Assembly: GCF_006345805.1 (NCBI RefSeq)
Contig: NC_043000.1
Coordinates: forward strand, 154,008,001 to 154,072,000
Direction of reading: 5' to 3'
DNA length: 64,000 nt
Origin: Octopus sinensis
Taxonomy: Eukaryota
How positions within the stretch are numbered: the first letter of the stretch is position 1; every line of letters starts with the position of its first letter. The notes beneath the pieces were generated by a model. It was not told where the DNA came from. It did not search any database and was given only the letters and a program-made list of their open reading frames with translations. The position numbers and the translations under genes are program-made. Shown here piece after piece: positions 27,547 through 39,589 of the stretch.

Positions 27547-28232
27547 ATACGTACATATATATTATATGTATGTATTATATATATTTATATATTCATACTT
27601 AAGTATATATACACATATATACATATACACACATACATATGTACATATATATATATGTATGTATGTATGTATGTATATATGTATGTATGTATGTATATAT
27701 GTATGTATGTATGTATATATATATATATATTATGTGTGTGTGTATGTGTATGTATGTATATATAATACAGTTAGCTAACTTTTTAATACTTTCTTTTAAA
27801 TAGTTAGAGACATGGGATGGGGTGCACTGTAAATGACCTTCTTGGCTCAAGTAACATCTGTTAACTCTCTATGAAATTACCGAAACTTTAAATCACTGTA
27901 ACATATATATTTTCCATTCACCTATCTTCCTACATATACATAGTTACATACATACATAACGACCTATTTAGTTTATGTCATGCCCTTTTTCTTTCCTTTT
28001 TTTCCATTTAGATCAAAGACCACTATTACGTGAAAGTCTGTAAATTAACGAATTGTTTCACTTAGCAAACTGTTTTCGCTTTATTTTTTTATTTACATTT
28101 ACTTTATTCCGGCTGGTTGAGTCAGCTCACAATTTTCATTAGCAATGCCTTCGTATTCCAGCAATGAAAACTAAGCTATTTTTCCTCCATTAAAAGTACA
28201 GTGAACATGTCGTCGGAAGTGAAAAGTTCAAT

Positions 28233-28401
28233 GTTTCGGACAGTGTCCTTCTTTGGGTGAAAGTTGACAGGAGAGAAATTAATGAAAGACAACAGGGCTT
28301 TGCATTCTCTAAATTAGAAAAACTGCAGCTGATTCGATAATGCTGTCTCTCAATATTTCTCTCCTGCCCACTTTTTCCCTGAATAAGGACTCTGTTCTAA
28401 A
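28233..28401. mobile_element. Small fold-back element with two outward-facing degenerate hammerhead cores
   Basis: Arms at 28233-28293 and 28341-28401. The left arm reverse complement reads CCAAAGA-AGGAC-ACT-GTCC-GAAAC and the right arm reads CTGAATA-AGGAC-TCT-GTTC-TAAA. Confidence 0.6.
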
Positions 28402-28869
28402 TTAGGGAGGGGAGGAAGATATTTAACACAAGTTCAGTACAATACATTCAGATCGACAGCGAGAATGAGGACTGTTTAAGAGTGGTTGGCATCACCGCCA
28501 AGAGAAGGTGCCTACAGCAGCGCTCCTTACTGCCCAAACAGGAAAAGATTCTGTCGAGAAAAGAATTGAAAGTTGCAGAGACATGTTATATAGTTTTTAG
28601 ATATGGATATATTTTGGTTATTATGTTAGGATCAAAGCTTACGGAACTCTCGCGATTGTAGACAAACAAATGTCCAGCATGGTTCTAGTAGCAACAAAAC
28701 ATTGTGCTTTGCAGAAAGAGAGGGGGGAGGTAGAGGAGGAGGAGAAAGGAAGAAGAAGAAGAAGAAGAAGAAGAGCTGAAGGAGCCGGAGGAACAGGAGG
28801 AGCAGGAGAGAGCGAGAAATGAATTAGAGAAGGGGCAGTGAGAATTTATCTCGTGGGGTAAAGCAAAGC

Positions 28870-30245
28870 CAACTAGGTTTGAACAACGGATTATGCAATA
28901 CCGGCAAAACAAATTGTTTTGAACCGACCAAAGAAAACAGATGTTATCAAGAAATTAATAATGATAACATACATGAAAGACTGGTCCCTGATGCTGATGA
29001 AAGTCGACTTTTCTGGGGAAAGATAAGGAATGAGCAAGAACAACATAATACTACAAATGAATGTCTCTGCAGCCTGAAGCAAACACCTTCTTACACCCAG
29101 CAAGAGGCTGTCCACTTCACAGAAGATAGTATCAGAAATATGAATAAAAAGAGAAACAATTGGAAAGCAGCGGGACCTGCGGGTGTACAAGGATTTGGGA
29201 TAAAAAAGTTCAATAGTTGCCATAAATTGATCGCAGAGCAATTTAAATGCATTGATTAATGGGGAAGAAGAAATCCTGGGCTGGTTGACAAAAGGACGAA
29301 CGGTGTTGTGTCAGATGTATTACCGACGGAAGAAACAAGTTGTAGAAGAATATGCAGAGGTACTAAATATCAATTACTGATAGACAAAATGGTAATGCAA
29401 GATCGTTAGCGAAGGAGAACACATTTGGGAATGGCCTGGATTGACTATCGCAAAGCTTATGATATGATTTCACATCTGTGAATCATCGCGTGCTTAGATC
29501 TGTTTGATATTGCAAGGAATGTAACGTGTTTCCTTGTAATTCCACGTATGGTGGGGTGGAACACTGAACTAACATGTTAAGGAAAGCAACTTAAGCACCC
29601 TGGGTATCAGAAGAGGGATTTTCCAGGGTTATAGCTTATCTCAGTTGCTTTTTGCTCTCTGCGGGATACCCCTGACCTTAGTGCTCAGGAAAATGAACCT
29701 GGGGTACCAATTAAAGGGAAAATCCCAAACAATCAACCACCTCCTCTTAATGGATGATTTGAAACTATGTCAATGACGAGACACGATTGAGTTCCTCGGA
29801 GAACACAATCCTGATATTAGAATGGAGTTTGGACCCAAGAAGTACGAAATAATCTACCTAAAAAGAGGTAAGATACAGTCTCTAGCAGTGATAGAATTAC
29901 CGAATTGAGACTTCACTAAACAAATTGAAAGAGATGGCTACAAATACCCTGGTGTACTAGATTTCAACGAAATAATGGAGAAGGAAAGGAAAGAGCAACT
30001 GAGGATGGAGTATTTCCGAAGACTGAGGTTGGTGTTGCACTCAAAATTGACTGCATGGAATAAAATCCAAGTAGTTAATACATGGGCGATAGCATCACTT
30101 CGGTGTGGAGCGAGAATTATAAAATTGCAAAAGAGAGAATTGATGAAAATGAACACCAAGATCAGAGAAATGTTGATAGTACACGGAGTTTTCCACCCTA
30201 AGAGTGACACTAATAGGTTGTACTTGTCCAGTAGAAAGGGTGAGA
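28870..30245 (+). mobile_element. Decayed R4/Dong-like LINE RT region
   Basis: WKAAGPAGVQGF, MAWIDYRKAYDMI, RGIFQGYSLS, INHLLLMDDLKL, YKYPGVL, VNTWAIASLR and HPKSDTNRLYL in order, with frameshifts. Confidence 0.92.
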
Positions 30246-30519
30246 TTCTGCCGAGATAGCATTTGCTTTTCGTCCTTTCGAGGTCGATAAATTAAGCATT
30301 AGTTGTGTACTGAGATCGATCTAATCAACTGGCCCCTCCCCACAAAAAGTACTATTCAACATTAAAATACATCGTACATCTTCAATGAACCTTAATGTAC
30401 AAATTGAAATGCAAAAGAACGAAATAATAAATGGATTTATGAATGAAAGCTTGATAATTGCGACACTTATAATCGCAAACATGTTTTAAGTAACCTAAAC
30501 TATGCACTCACACACACAA

Positions 30520-31005
30520 ATACATTCAGAACCAAAATAATACAATAGCTTCAGGTATTTGGGTAATATAATTGCTGCAAAATCTTCCTCATCGACAGAT
30601 ACCTCAAAAGAAGACAGCAAAGCTAGTTAAGGTATTGACTCTGCAGCAAGGCAGTAAAGCGTTACGATGGTGAACATATGCAATCAATATAAATTTAGGA
30701 GTAACTGTAACACTGATCTATATTTCCGGCAAAAGGTATGAGTGTAAAATCAAAACACGACGTAACTCAGATTGCTGTTCATTATACAATGAGAAATTCT
30801 GCACAGAAATTAAGATGCTTCCTTTTATGCCAATCCTACATTATTTTTCACTTTAGTCATCATATTTTGGTTGCTCCATCAAACTGGAGATGCTACTCAT
30901 ACCAAAAAATTACCATCGCACCTCATCCATTCTAGAGTCTGCAGAACCGAAATAATACGATAGCTTCAGGTATTTGGGTAATATAATTGCTGCAAAACCT
31001 TCCAA
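30520..31005 (+). mobile_element. RTE-like LINE remnant with a 62 bp direct repeat
   Basis: SFRYLGNII (post-RT F.YLG motif) lies within a direct repeat at 30527-30588 and 30942-31003. Confidence 0.55.
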
Positions 31006-32391
31006 TATATATATATGCATATATAGGTAGAGGACGTCACTAACTGTAAACAACATGAAGTACGAAAACAAACAAGTGTGTGTGTGTGCGTGTATGTATG
31101 TATGTATAATCTACTACAGCAGGCTGTAATTTTCATTATTTGACACTTGACTCAAACTGTAATCGAGCAGATTATGATGCATTCTTTCTGCTATAATACT
31201 GTTTAGAACTTCGTAATGAGATATGTTTTTTCTATTCTTAATACTGTCATGTATCATTTGAAAGACATTTCGCTTCATGTCGAGCGGCCACGTAGGTGCT
31301 CACTCAGTTTTTGAAGACTGTTTTCTGTCACTTCACTTTAGAAGTTACCAGTTCCATTAACCAGAAATTTCATTTCCTCTCTTTTTATAGTACAACTCAC
31401 ATAATAGGACTAGTTCTTACATAATAAGCACCCTAATGCAATAGAAATAAAACCAATATTCTTCATATGGTGCCAAACTAACAATATGTTTGTTACTGTA
31501 AGACCTAATTTCCAAGTTAGATTTATTTTCAAGATATCTTTCTTTTCCAAGCTTGGTGGTAAACTAATATAAAAAAAAACTACTTTGTAAACAACCCGCT
31601 CTTAACAGAGTGCTATCTACTGGTGCGCTCTCAAGTATTTTTGTTGCCAACACTTCGAAAGCTTGAATACATGATTTCTATAATGGCAAATGATATGACA
31701 CTTCTAACTTCTTATTTTAAACTCTTGAACTTATATCTACCTAGTTTTGAGCGTGCATAAGTGTCTGTGTTCGTCTTGTCACATGAATGAAATTCTTCAA
31801 TGAACAAAATCAAAGCAAAGAAAAAATCTAAAGGAAAACATAATTAGATCATTCAAGATGGTGCTTATGGTAAGAATTTACGTAATTAGAAACTTGAGTT
31901 TCAACACTAAAGCATCCAAACAAAAGAATAAAATAAAATAAAGATGAAAAATAAGAAAGTGGGGGTGGAATTCCTAGATAATCAAACTAGAATATGTCTT
32001 CAAGAGAAAAAAATTTTGAGAAATTTCTATTCTCGCGTAGGTAATTGCAGATAATGAATTCTCTCATTTGCCAATTATTCATGGTTAATTTTGATAGAAA
32101 CAAGAATTGGTAGAGTCGAAGAACTGAGACTGACACGGCTTTCTGTAACTAAATAGTTTAAACTATAATTATATATATATAACCGTGTATATTCCATGAG
32201 AGAACTGAAGTGATGATCGTTTAAGATTGTGCAGGCAACCTGTCACAATGGTTCTCAACTTACAAAAGATCATGAAGTCGAGATTAACTCACGAGGCTTA
32301 CTCTCAACGAATGAAAAGTGATTCTTACTCCACCGGGTAGAACACCAGTCTATCGAAGATAACATTCCTAGTAGGCCTGCAACTATTTCCC

Positions 32392-32420
32392 AGTAGTAGT
32401 AGTAGTAATAGTAGTAGTAA

Positions 32421-32481
<61 letters not shown>
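32392..32481. repeat. (AGT)n microsatellite
   Basis: Directly visible. Confidence 0.95.
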
Positions 32482-32482
<1 letters not shown>

Positions 32483-32639
32483 CAATGTTCTTCAAAAATA
32501 TTTGATCTTCAAATCCAATGAAGGTCATCTTTGACTTTCTTTCTTCTGGGGTCCTTAAAACAGAGTACTAGTCAAGTCCTTAGATTGACTGTTATTCTGT
32601 AATTATTAATAATAATATCCTTTCTATTTTTCATTTCTT

Positions 32640-33355
32640 CTCCAGAGTTATCTATGACACGTCTTAGCCCCTTCCCATATGCCAAATGTTCTGTCAAAAT
32701 GTGATGTTCCAAGGAATACCCCCAGTTATTTGCTTCCTATAGTTTGCTATTTTCAACTTTTCGTGTCAGAATATTGCTTTCTTTGAGATGTCCCCAAGTG
32801 CACCAATCCCAAGTGATGGTCCCAACTGCAGCCCCACTTTTGAGGCTCTGTGAATGCATTTCGCTTCAATGCTAGGTCTCGTTACTTCTCGACTCCCTCG
32901 TTCTCTGTCTTCACGACATTCAGGTCCGCAAGTGTAGATATATCGATGAAGGTCAATTGTTTGGACTCCTTCTGTAGGAAAGTGATATTTGGTCGGTTAT
33001 GTAGCCGTTTCTTATTTGTGTAGATTGGCATATCTCATATGAGTTTCACCTGATTATTCCCTGCTACTGGAAAAGGTTGGCACACATACTACTTGCCCAT
33101 TAGTCTTCGTTTTGTATTCCTGGAGGGTCTCATCATTGTCACTGGTCACCTTGTCACTAAGTGCAACCTGCAACATTCTTCCATCTCTATTTCTCAGATA
33201 AGCATGCAAAGACTTGATCTCCTTTATAACATTATCTTCTGTTCCAACAAGCCTCAGTAACTTACTTCTAGTATGAGGACGTCTATGCATAGCCATTATC
33301 TTCTACGTTTTGCTGCCCATGCTGACCAGTTCCTCCTTTATCCATTCTATTATCA
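32640..33355 (-). mobile_element. R4/Dong-like LINE 3' region with restriction-like endonuclease remnants
   Basis: Minus strand gives HNRPNITFL (~NRPDI), FIDIST..D.N and IGALG, plus AMHRRP.. upstream. Confidence 0.7.
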
Positions 33356-33399
33356 TTATTATTATTATTACTGATTTGACACAGGTTTGTTCTTATTCC

Positions 33400-34200
33400 T
33401 GGCAAGAGTAATGATCACTCTGTGACAGTTTCATATTCTCTAAAGTTTGTATTTTAGGTCCTTTTATTTTCAGCTTTCACATGTTCATTGTCTACCACTC
33501 TTGCAGCAGACTCTTTCCTTTTCATTGAATACAAAATTTGCACATGAATGCTCTATTTGTCCATCCGCCTGAATTTTCGTATCGTATCGTACCTTTGTCT
33601 TTACATGTAAGGTTATCGCATCGTTCTCTTCAAGCTCCGAGAGCTTCGCATTTTTCTCTCCCTGCAGCTAACATCGCCACTTCTCACTGCAGTCAAAAAC
33701 ACTTCATCAGTCTCAGTAACATGCTTTCCTTAAACTCTGCAGGTCCACTTTCATACATTCTTCTGCATTTATTAGTCCTCTTCTTCCATTCTCTCTGTTT
33801 AAATACAATATGTTACTGTCTGCCTGTGGGTTTGACGCTCAGTAGCTTATTAGCAGATTCCTTGTTTTCTATCTATGCTTTCAAGATCTTCATTTGTCCA
33901 TTTGATTATTCAGATACAAAAGTCGTTATGGAAACGACTTTTGATTTTAAAACAGTAACTGTATTTATACCACAGAGTTTCTATTTTAGTATTCTTCTTA
34001 CCCTTCGAAAATACTTTCCTCTGATTTTATTTTTCATTGTTCTATCCGTTACACCAGCTTCCTCGACTCCCAGATATTTATTACCACCATCTATATCAAT
34101 CTCCCGTATCTTCTCCTTCGATAGATAATTCTGTTATTTTAATGGTATTTCTTTTTCTTTGTCACAAAGCTTCCACACTTGGGAACACTAAATACTCTCA
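33400..34200 (-). mobile_element. Second decayed R4/Dong-like LINE fragment
   Basis: Minus strand GNKYLGVEE..KYFRRVRRILK and EVAMLAA (~ETE.LI.AAQ). Confidence 0.6.
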
Positions 34201-34284
34201 CTGCACCGATATAGGTTTCTAAATTGAGTTTGTTACAAATAATAATTGGATTTCAAGCTATAAGTGATTACACACACACATACA

Positions 34285-34336
<52 letters not shown>

Positions 34337-35409
34337 GGAAAAAACAGATATTTAAACGTTTAGAATTTGCAGAATCATTAGAAAACCGAACAAAATGCTT
34401 GTGATATTTAATTACAGATGTATGTGTTCTGAGCTCAAATCCCGATCTGGCCAAACTTCCGACATCGAAACAATACAGTACCAGTCAAGAACTGAGGAGA
34501 CGAAAGCCAGTAAAGAGCCAATAATTATTTTAGGTTTCCTATAAAGCATCGCAGACATGAAGAGAATTATAATAGCAAAGAAGTCTTCTTTTCTGTGACC
34601 AACAAGGTTTCAAATTAACATCTTAAATAAGGATGGTTACATAGGACAATGTAGCCCTTGATTTACAAAAATACGCATCTTCACAATGGAAATACCTTTG
34701 ACCATGATGTCAGCGTAGTTAAGGCTGGCCCTGAACCAAACAACAACCGACATAACCAGTAGAACATCAGTTAAACACTGATTTTTTTTTTCAATACTTG
34801 TCTCCTTAAAATAATTAAAGAAGTCGTAATAAGTCTATTGCAGAAAAAAATTGACTAAAAACGATGGAAATATAACATATTTATCCATCTGTCATAAAAC
34901 TATGACAAAACTTATACATACATGTATATTACAACTATATATTTATAACAGAAGTGTGTATATCTTCGTTTGAATATTTTACCTTCGAATTGTCGATGAA
35001 GACGAAATAAGACAAGAATGATTATATGGGATTGGAAATAACTTTATTTACAACTCAAGTACTTCATTAAGTCGAAGTTTTTATAGAAGTAAATAAACTA
35101 AGTATAACAATAATAATAGAAATATTAAAATTACTAAGTCTCTCTAAAGGAGATTACGGCAGCGTTACTGGATATTAATAGTTATCGCCATACTAATATG
35201 GTAGTCTATAAATATAAGACTAAAGCTGTCGCTGATTAGCTCCAAGAGGCCATCGCCTCTAGCTAGCTATTTGACACACAAACCTTCGAACAAAGTACCT
35301 GGAAGAATAAAAATACTAAAATCTAACCCCAACCTAATTCGAACGCTAATCCAAATCCTAATCTTAATGCTAACGCTTAATCCATCACTCAAAATAAAAC
35401 AGAAAATAA

Positions 35410-36110
35410 TTTATTCTACCCACAAAATGCGAAATAAAAACACAAACAACTTTATAAAGTTGAACATCCGAAACATCAACAGCAAGTATATTTTAAAATT
35501 TTAAACTATAAACAGAATGTGTAATCGGGTGATGTTTTTGTTTCTGTGCAAACTGTCTAAAAAAACACACATCATGTGACAGTGGCGTTACCGTCCGATT
35601 TCGACCAATTGATAAATTGAATGTATTAAGAATAACAACTTTAAAATATATTGGAGATTGGTGTCAGAAACTTCAGGCTAATAAACTTATCATCACGTTT
35701 CTCTTGAACTTAGATCAGACATATAGTTATACTGGGATCACCCAAGCTATTTTTAAAACATTGCAACGCTATTCCTGTCTCGGCTGCTGCTGCTGCTGCT
35801 GCTGCTAATACTACTAAACACAAGAAGTGTGAATTACTTTATGATTTACAAATAAATCAAAATTCATGGACACGCAAATCCTCCGGTTTCTCCTCTGAGG
35901 ATTTAATCCAACTAAAGACATTCGTCATATCAATACTTGTGTCTATATAAGAAATCTACAGAGATTTTTTTTATATGGCATGAGAGTATTTCCATTACGC
36001 TATAATGATTAATGAGGTGTATTCTGTAATTTTCTATACACATCGGTTTATATAGAATTCTACCCTTATCACTAAAGTTGATTAAATAATATCCGATTAA
36101 ATTTATAAAT
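35410..36110 (+). pseudogene. Decayed LRR / Toll-like-receptor-like coding remnant, copy A
   Basis: Paralogous to 37470-37800 and 40195-40570. Reads ALPSD/FRPIDKLNVLRITTL..GITQAIFKTLQ..IRNLQRF, with stops and frameshifts. Confidence 0.4.
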
Positions 36111-36194
36111 ACTTAGCCCAAAGGATATAGCGATTCCAATTCAAAGAAACGAAAGGAATATATGCCTTGCTAAAATAATTTTTTGTAACTTTAA

Positions 36195-36693
36195 CCCATT
36201 AAGTCCCAGAGTACTTAAATTTCTGAATATTACTTTTAAATTTTTACAGATGATTGAAAATAGGTTAAAATGAAAAAAAATAATTATTATAACTTCTTTA
36301 CTTCAGGTAGAAATGGAAATACTCGGTGTCCTACAAATAGGACACTAAGACAATGTGATATAGCTGATTTAATGTTCTCATTTAGTGTCCTATTTATAGG
36401 ACAGTGTGGAGGCGCGTGGCTTAGTGGTTAGGGTGTGAGCATCATGATCGTAAGATTGTGGTTTCGGTTCCTGGACCGAGCGACGCGTTGTGTTCTTGAG
36501 CAAAACACTTCATTTCACGTTGCTCCAGTCCACTCAGCTGGCAAAAATGAGTAACGCTGCAATGGACTGGCCTCCCGTCCAGCCGGTGAACATATACGCC
36601 ACTGAAACCGGGAAACCGGGCCCATGAGCCTGGCTAGGCTTTAAAAGGTTGCATTTATTTATTTTATTTTATAGGACAGTGGGACTTAATGGG
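36195..36693. mobile_element. piggyBac-type MITE with TTAA TSD and 14 bp TIRs, carrying a nested SINE
   Basis: TTAA|CCCATTAAGTCCCA ... TGGGACTTAATGGG|TTAA, with subterminal GTGTCCTA.....AGGACA palindromes. Confidence 0.88.
36407..36667 (+). mobile_element. SINE family C variant nested in the MITE, 14 bp TSD
   Basis: A box TGGCTTAGTGG. The 3' GAAACCGGGAAACCGGGCCCATGAGCC resembles 6005-6311. TTTATAGGACAGTG at 36393-36406 and 36668-36681. Confidence 0.88.
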
Positions 36694-36717
36694 TTAACTT
36701 GATTATACTGTAATATG

Positions 36718-37035
36718 TGTGAAGACGCATGGCTCAGTGGTTAGAGTGTCGGGCTCACAATCATGGTGAAGTGAGTTCGATTCCCGGACCGTGTTGCGTT
36801 CTTGGGCATGACACGTTATTTCATGTTACTCCAGTTCACTCAGCTGTAGAAATGAGTTACGACGTCACTGATGCCAAACTATATTGACATTTACCTTTCT
36901 CTTGGGTAACATCAGTGGCGTGCTGAGGGGAGGCTGGTATGCATGGCTGACTGCTGGTCTTCCATAAACAAACTTGCCCAGATTTCTAGGTGCAATCCCA
37001 TGGCCCTTCATGACTTCACACAAAATGGCAAATCC
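36718..37035 (+). mobile_element. tRNA-derived SINE (related head, different 3' part)
   Basis: TGGCTCAGTGG A box, GAGTTCGATTCC B box, then CATGTTACTCCAGTTCACTCAGCTG similar to the adjacent SINE. Confidence 0.8.
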
Positions 37036-37169
37036 CTGCTGTCTTTCGATGTTAATGCTAGGTGAGCCTTTCACCTATGATTATATATGTTATGTATATA
37101 TCATCATGTGTACTTTATATATATTGTTATATGTGCATTTCAAGATTAAATAAATTTTGTTCAGGTGAG

Positions 37170-38700
37170 TAAGATGTGCAATTTCTAGACTTTGCCCTTT
37201 CCTTCTATAAACAATCTTGAGTACATAATAAAGGATGCAGGCGTCTTAACTAACCTCAGCATCTTATGTAAAGATGGGTGCATTTCATTATATCCCAAGA
37301 TATCTAATTAAGAGAAGTTACTCATTGAAGTTTAGGTAAGAACTGAAGAGTACCATAATCCAAACTTTAAAATTGTCTGGAATATTTTATATGTTTCATC
37401 CTGTCATAACATCTCATATGAAGGATGAAAGATTGTTTTAACTCCAACAATCGATATAAATGAGTAAGTTACTTTATCCTACTTGCAACATGCGATGTCA
37501 AGATACAAACAGCCTGTTGAATATCTGAAACAACAACAGTAAGTTTATTTCAGATTTAAAATCATAAACAGAGCACATAACCGTATGATGCTTTTGTTTC
37601 TCTATAAAAATACATCACATGACACTGTCGTTATCTTTCGATTTCGATCAATTGATAGATTAAGGGTATTAATAATAACAGTTTTGATATCAAGTTCATT
37701 GGGCACAGAGGTCAGAATCTAATATATTTATCATCACGTCTCTTTACATCTCAGATATGCTACAAGGATCACCCAAATTATTTTCAAAACATTGACATTC
37801 TACTGCTATCTCTTCTAGTGCCAGAAGAATTCATAAAAAATATAATGAAATATTTTCAGTAATGTGGATGGAAGCACTCCATCGGTTACGATGACGAGGT
37901 TTCCGGTTGATCCGAATCAACGGAACAGCCTGCTCGTGAAATTAACGTGTAAGTGGCTGAGCACTCCACAGACACGTGTACCCTTAACGTAGTTCTCGGG
38001 GATATTCAGCGTGACACAGAGAGTGACAAGGCAGGCCCTTTTGAAATACAAGTACAACAGAAACAGGAAGTAAGAGTGAGAGAGAGTTGTGGTGAAAGAG
38101 TACAGCAGGGATCACCACCATCCCCTGCCAGAGCATCGTGGAGCTTTAGGTGTTTTCGCTCAATAAACACTCACAACGTCCGGTCTGGTAATCGAAACCG
38201 TGATCCTATGACCGCGAGTCCGCTGCCCTAATCACTGGGCCATTGCGCCTCCACATTTTCAGTAATGTACGCATAGACTTAACATCGACTAAGATACCCT
38301 TAAGAAAAGCGTGAACATATATTATCTTCCGATATCTTTCTTATGAGATTTCATACCAAATAAGAAATTCGTAATATTAGTACACATAAGAAATTCCTAT
38401 CAGCTTATATAATAAATCTACAGAGAATTTTATATAATACAGGGGCATTTTGCATTAAGTCACAATGATTGATGAGATGTATTCTGTAAATTATCATTTG
38501 AGCAGTGTTTGTACAGGCAAGCATATATGAATTTGTTTGAGCGCGAGTATCAAATTTACAGACACATTTTTTTAAATCGTTTTTTTAGAGTCTACATTCC
38601 TTTGTTTCTGTCATGCGGAAACGATCAATTTAAAACCAATTGTTTTATAACGCAGAATTACTGTCCATTAACTTTCTCTTAATAAAAAAAACAACTCTTA
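37170..38700 (+). pseudogene. Decayed LRR / TLR-like remnant, copy B (longest, interrupted by a SINE)
   Basis: CPF (37193)..FHYIPRYL..LSYLQH..FRSIDRLRVL..RITQIIFKTL..HLSSVC..CFCHAETINL in colinear order. Confidence 0.4.
37866..38254 (-). mobile_element. tRNA-derived SINE, full length, 14 bp TSD
   Basis: Minus head GTGGAGGCGCAATGGCCCAGTGATTAGGGCAGCGGACTCGCGG..GGTTTCGATTACC. ATTTTCAGTAATGT at 37852-37865 and 38255-38268. Confidence 0.92.
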
Positions 38701-39589
38701 CTTATATTTCATACTGTGAAAGACAAATTCGACACTGCTGCGATTTCCATTGAAATTACTGACTACTAAAGTAATTACAATGAAATAATAATTCTTGCGT
38801 TGTATTGTCTCCGCCAGTTTCTTCGAGAAGGAGTGTTATAGAGATGAACTTGAATCAAACTACAGCGCTCCAGATCAAAGATTTTACACCATTTAACTAT
38901 TACCCTATATTTTCATTTGAATTTAAGTTGCATACTTTCCCTTCCGCCACTACACTAGTCAATTCTAATGTTGCTGCTAGTGTTTATGGTGAGGCACATA
39001 GTGATGAGGATGGAAGAATTTGTTTCAAAGTTTAGTTTGATATTTACCTATTTATTCAACTGCAATTATTGACGCTTTACATATACCTACTCTACCCTAC
39101 CCTATGTCCAGTATGCTGGGCAAAGCTGATCACATTACTCTTTGTTGTCTATTTTAATATTTCAAAAACAGTTCGATTTCATTTTTTTTTTTTCCTAAAT
39201 TGTCCACTCTTTTTTATGTTCCTTCACAGAACTTCATCTTAACGCTGAAGAATATAGAAAAAATTCCCTGTAAAAATACCAAATTGGTTATGCCACCTGC
39301 CAATGCGGGAAATAACTAGTTATATCCCTGCCTAATTGAAACTTTTTTTTTAAATGTACTATACTTCGGTACTCGAATACATGCAACTTTTTTCAAAATG
39401 TCAGCATTTTTCCGACGTTAATTCACGGTGTTCTTCAGATGACTGAAGTTTTATTTATCAAATGAATGTATTACCTTCTAAACGTTGTCCATTTATAAAC
39501 GATATGACTTGAAATAAACTAGGCTTTCTTCCAATGTTAATGGCAAAGAACTTCAGACAAAAAATTAGTGATTTTAATGGCCTATTTAT

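Noticed and set aside
30527-30588. LRR-like micro-exon NYITQIPEAI on the minus strand
   Set aside because: It hits a stop in this copy, and the plus strand FRYLG LINE motif explains the sequence better.
33538-34128. 196-aa plus-strand ORF
   Set aside because: Antisense to a decayed LINE fragment.
35590-35760. Protocadherin remnant on the minus strand (GDPS..V.E..DD)
   Set aside because: No DxNDNxP or LDRE motif, and the plus-strand LRR reading fits more motifs.
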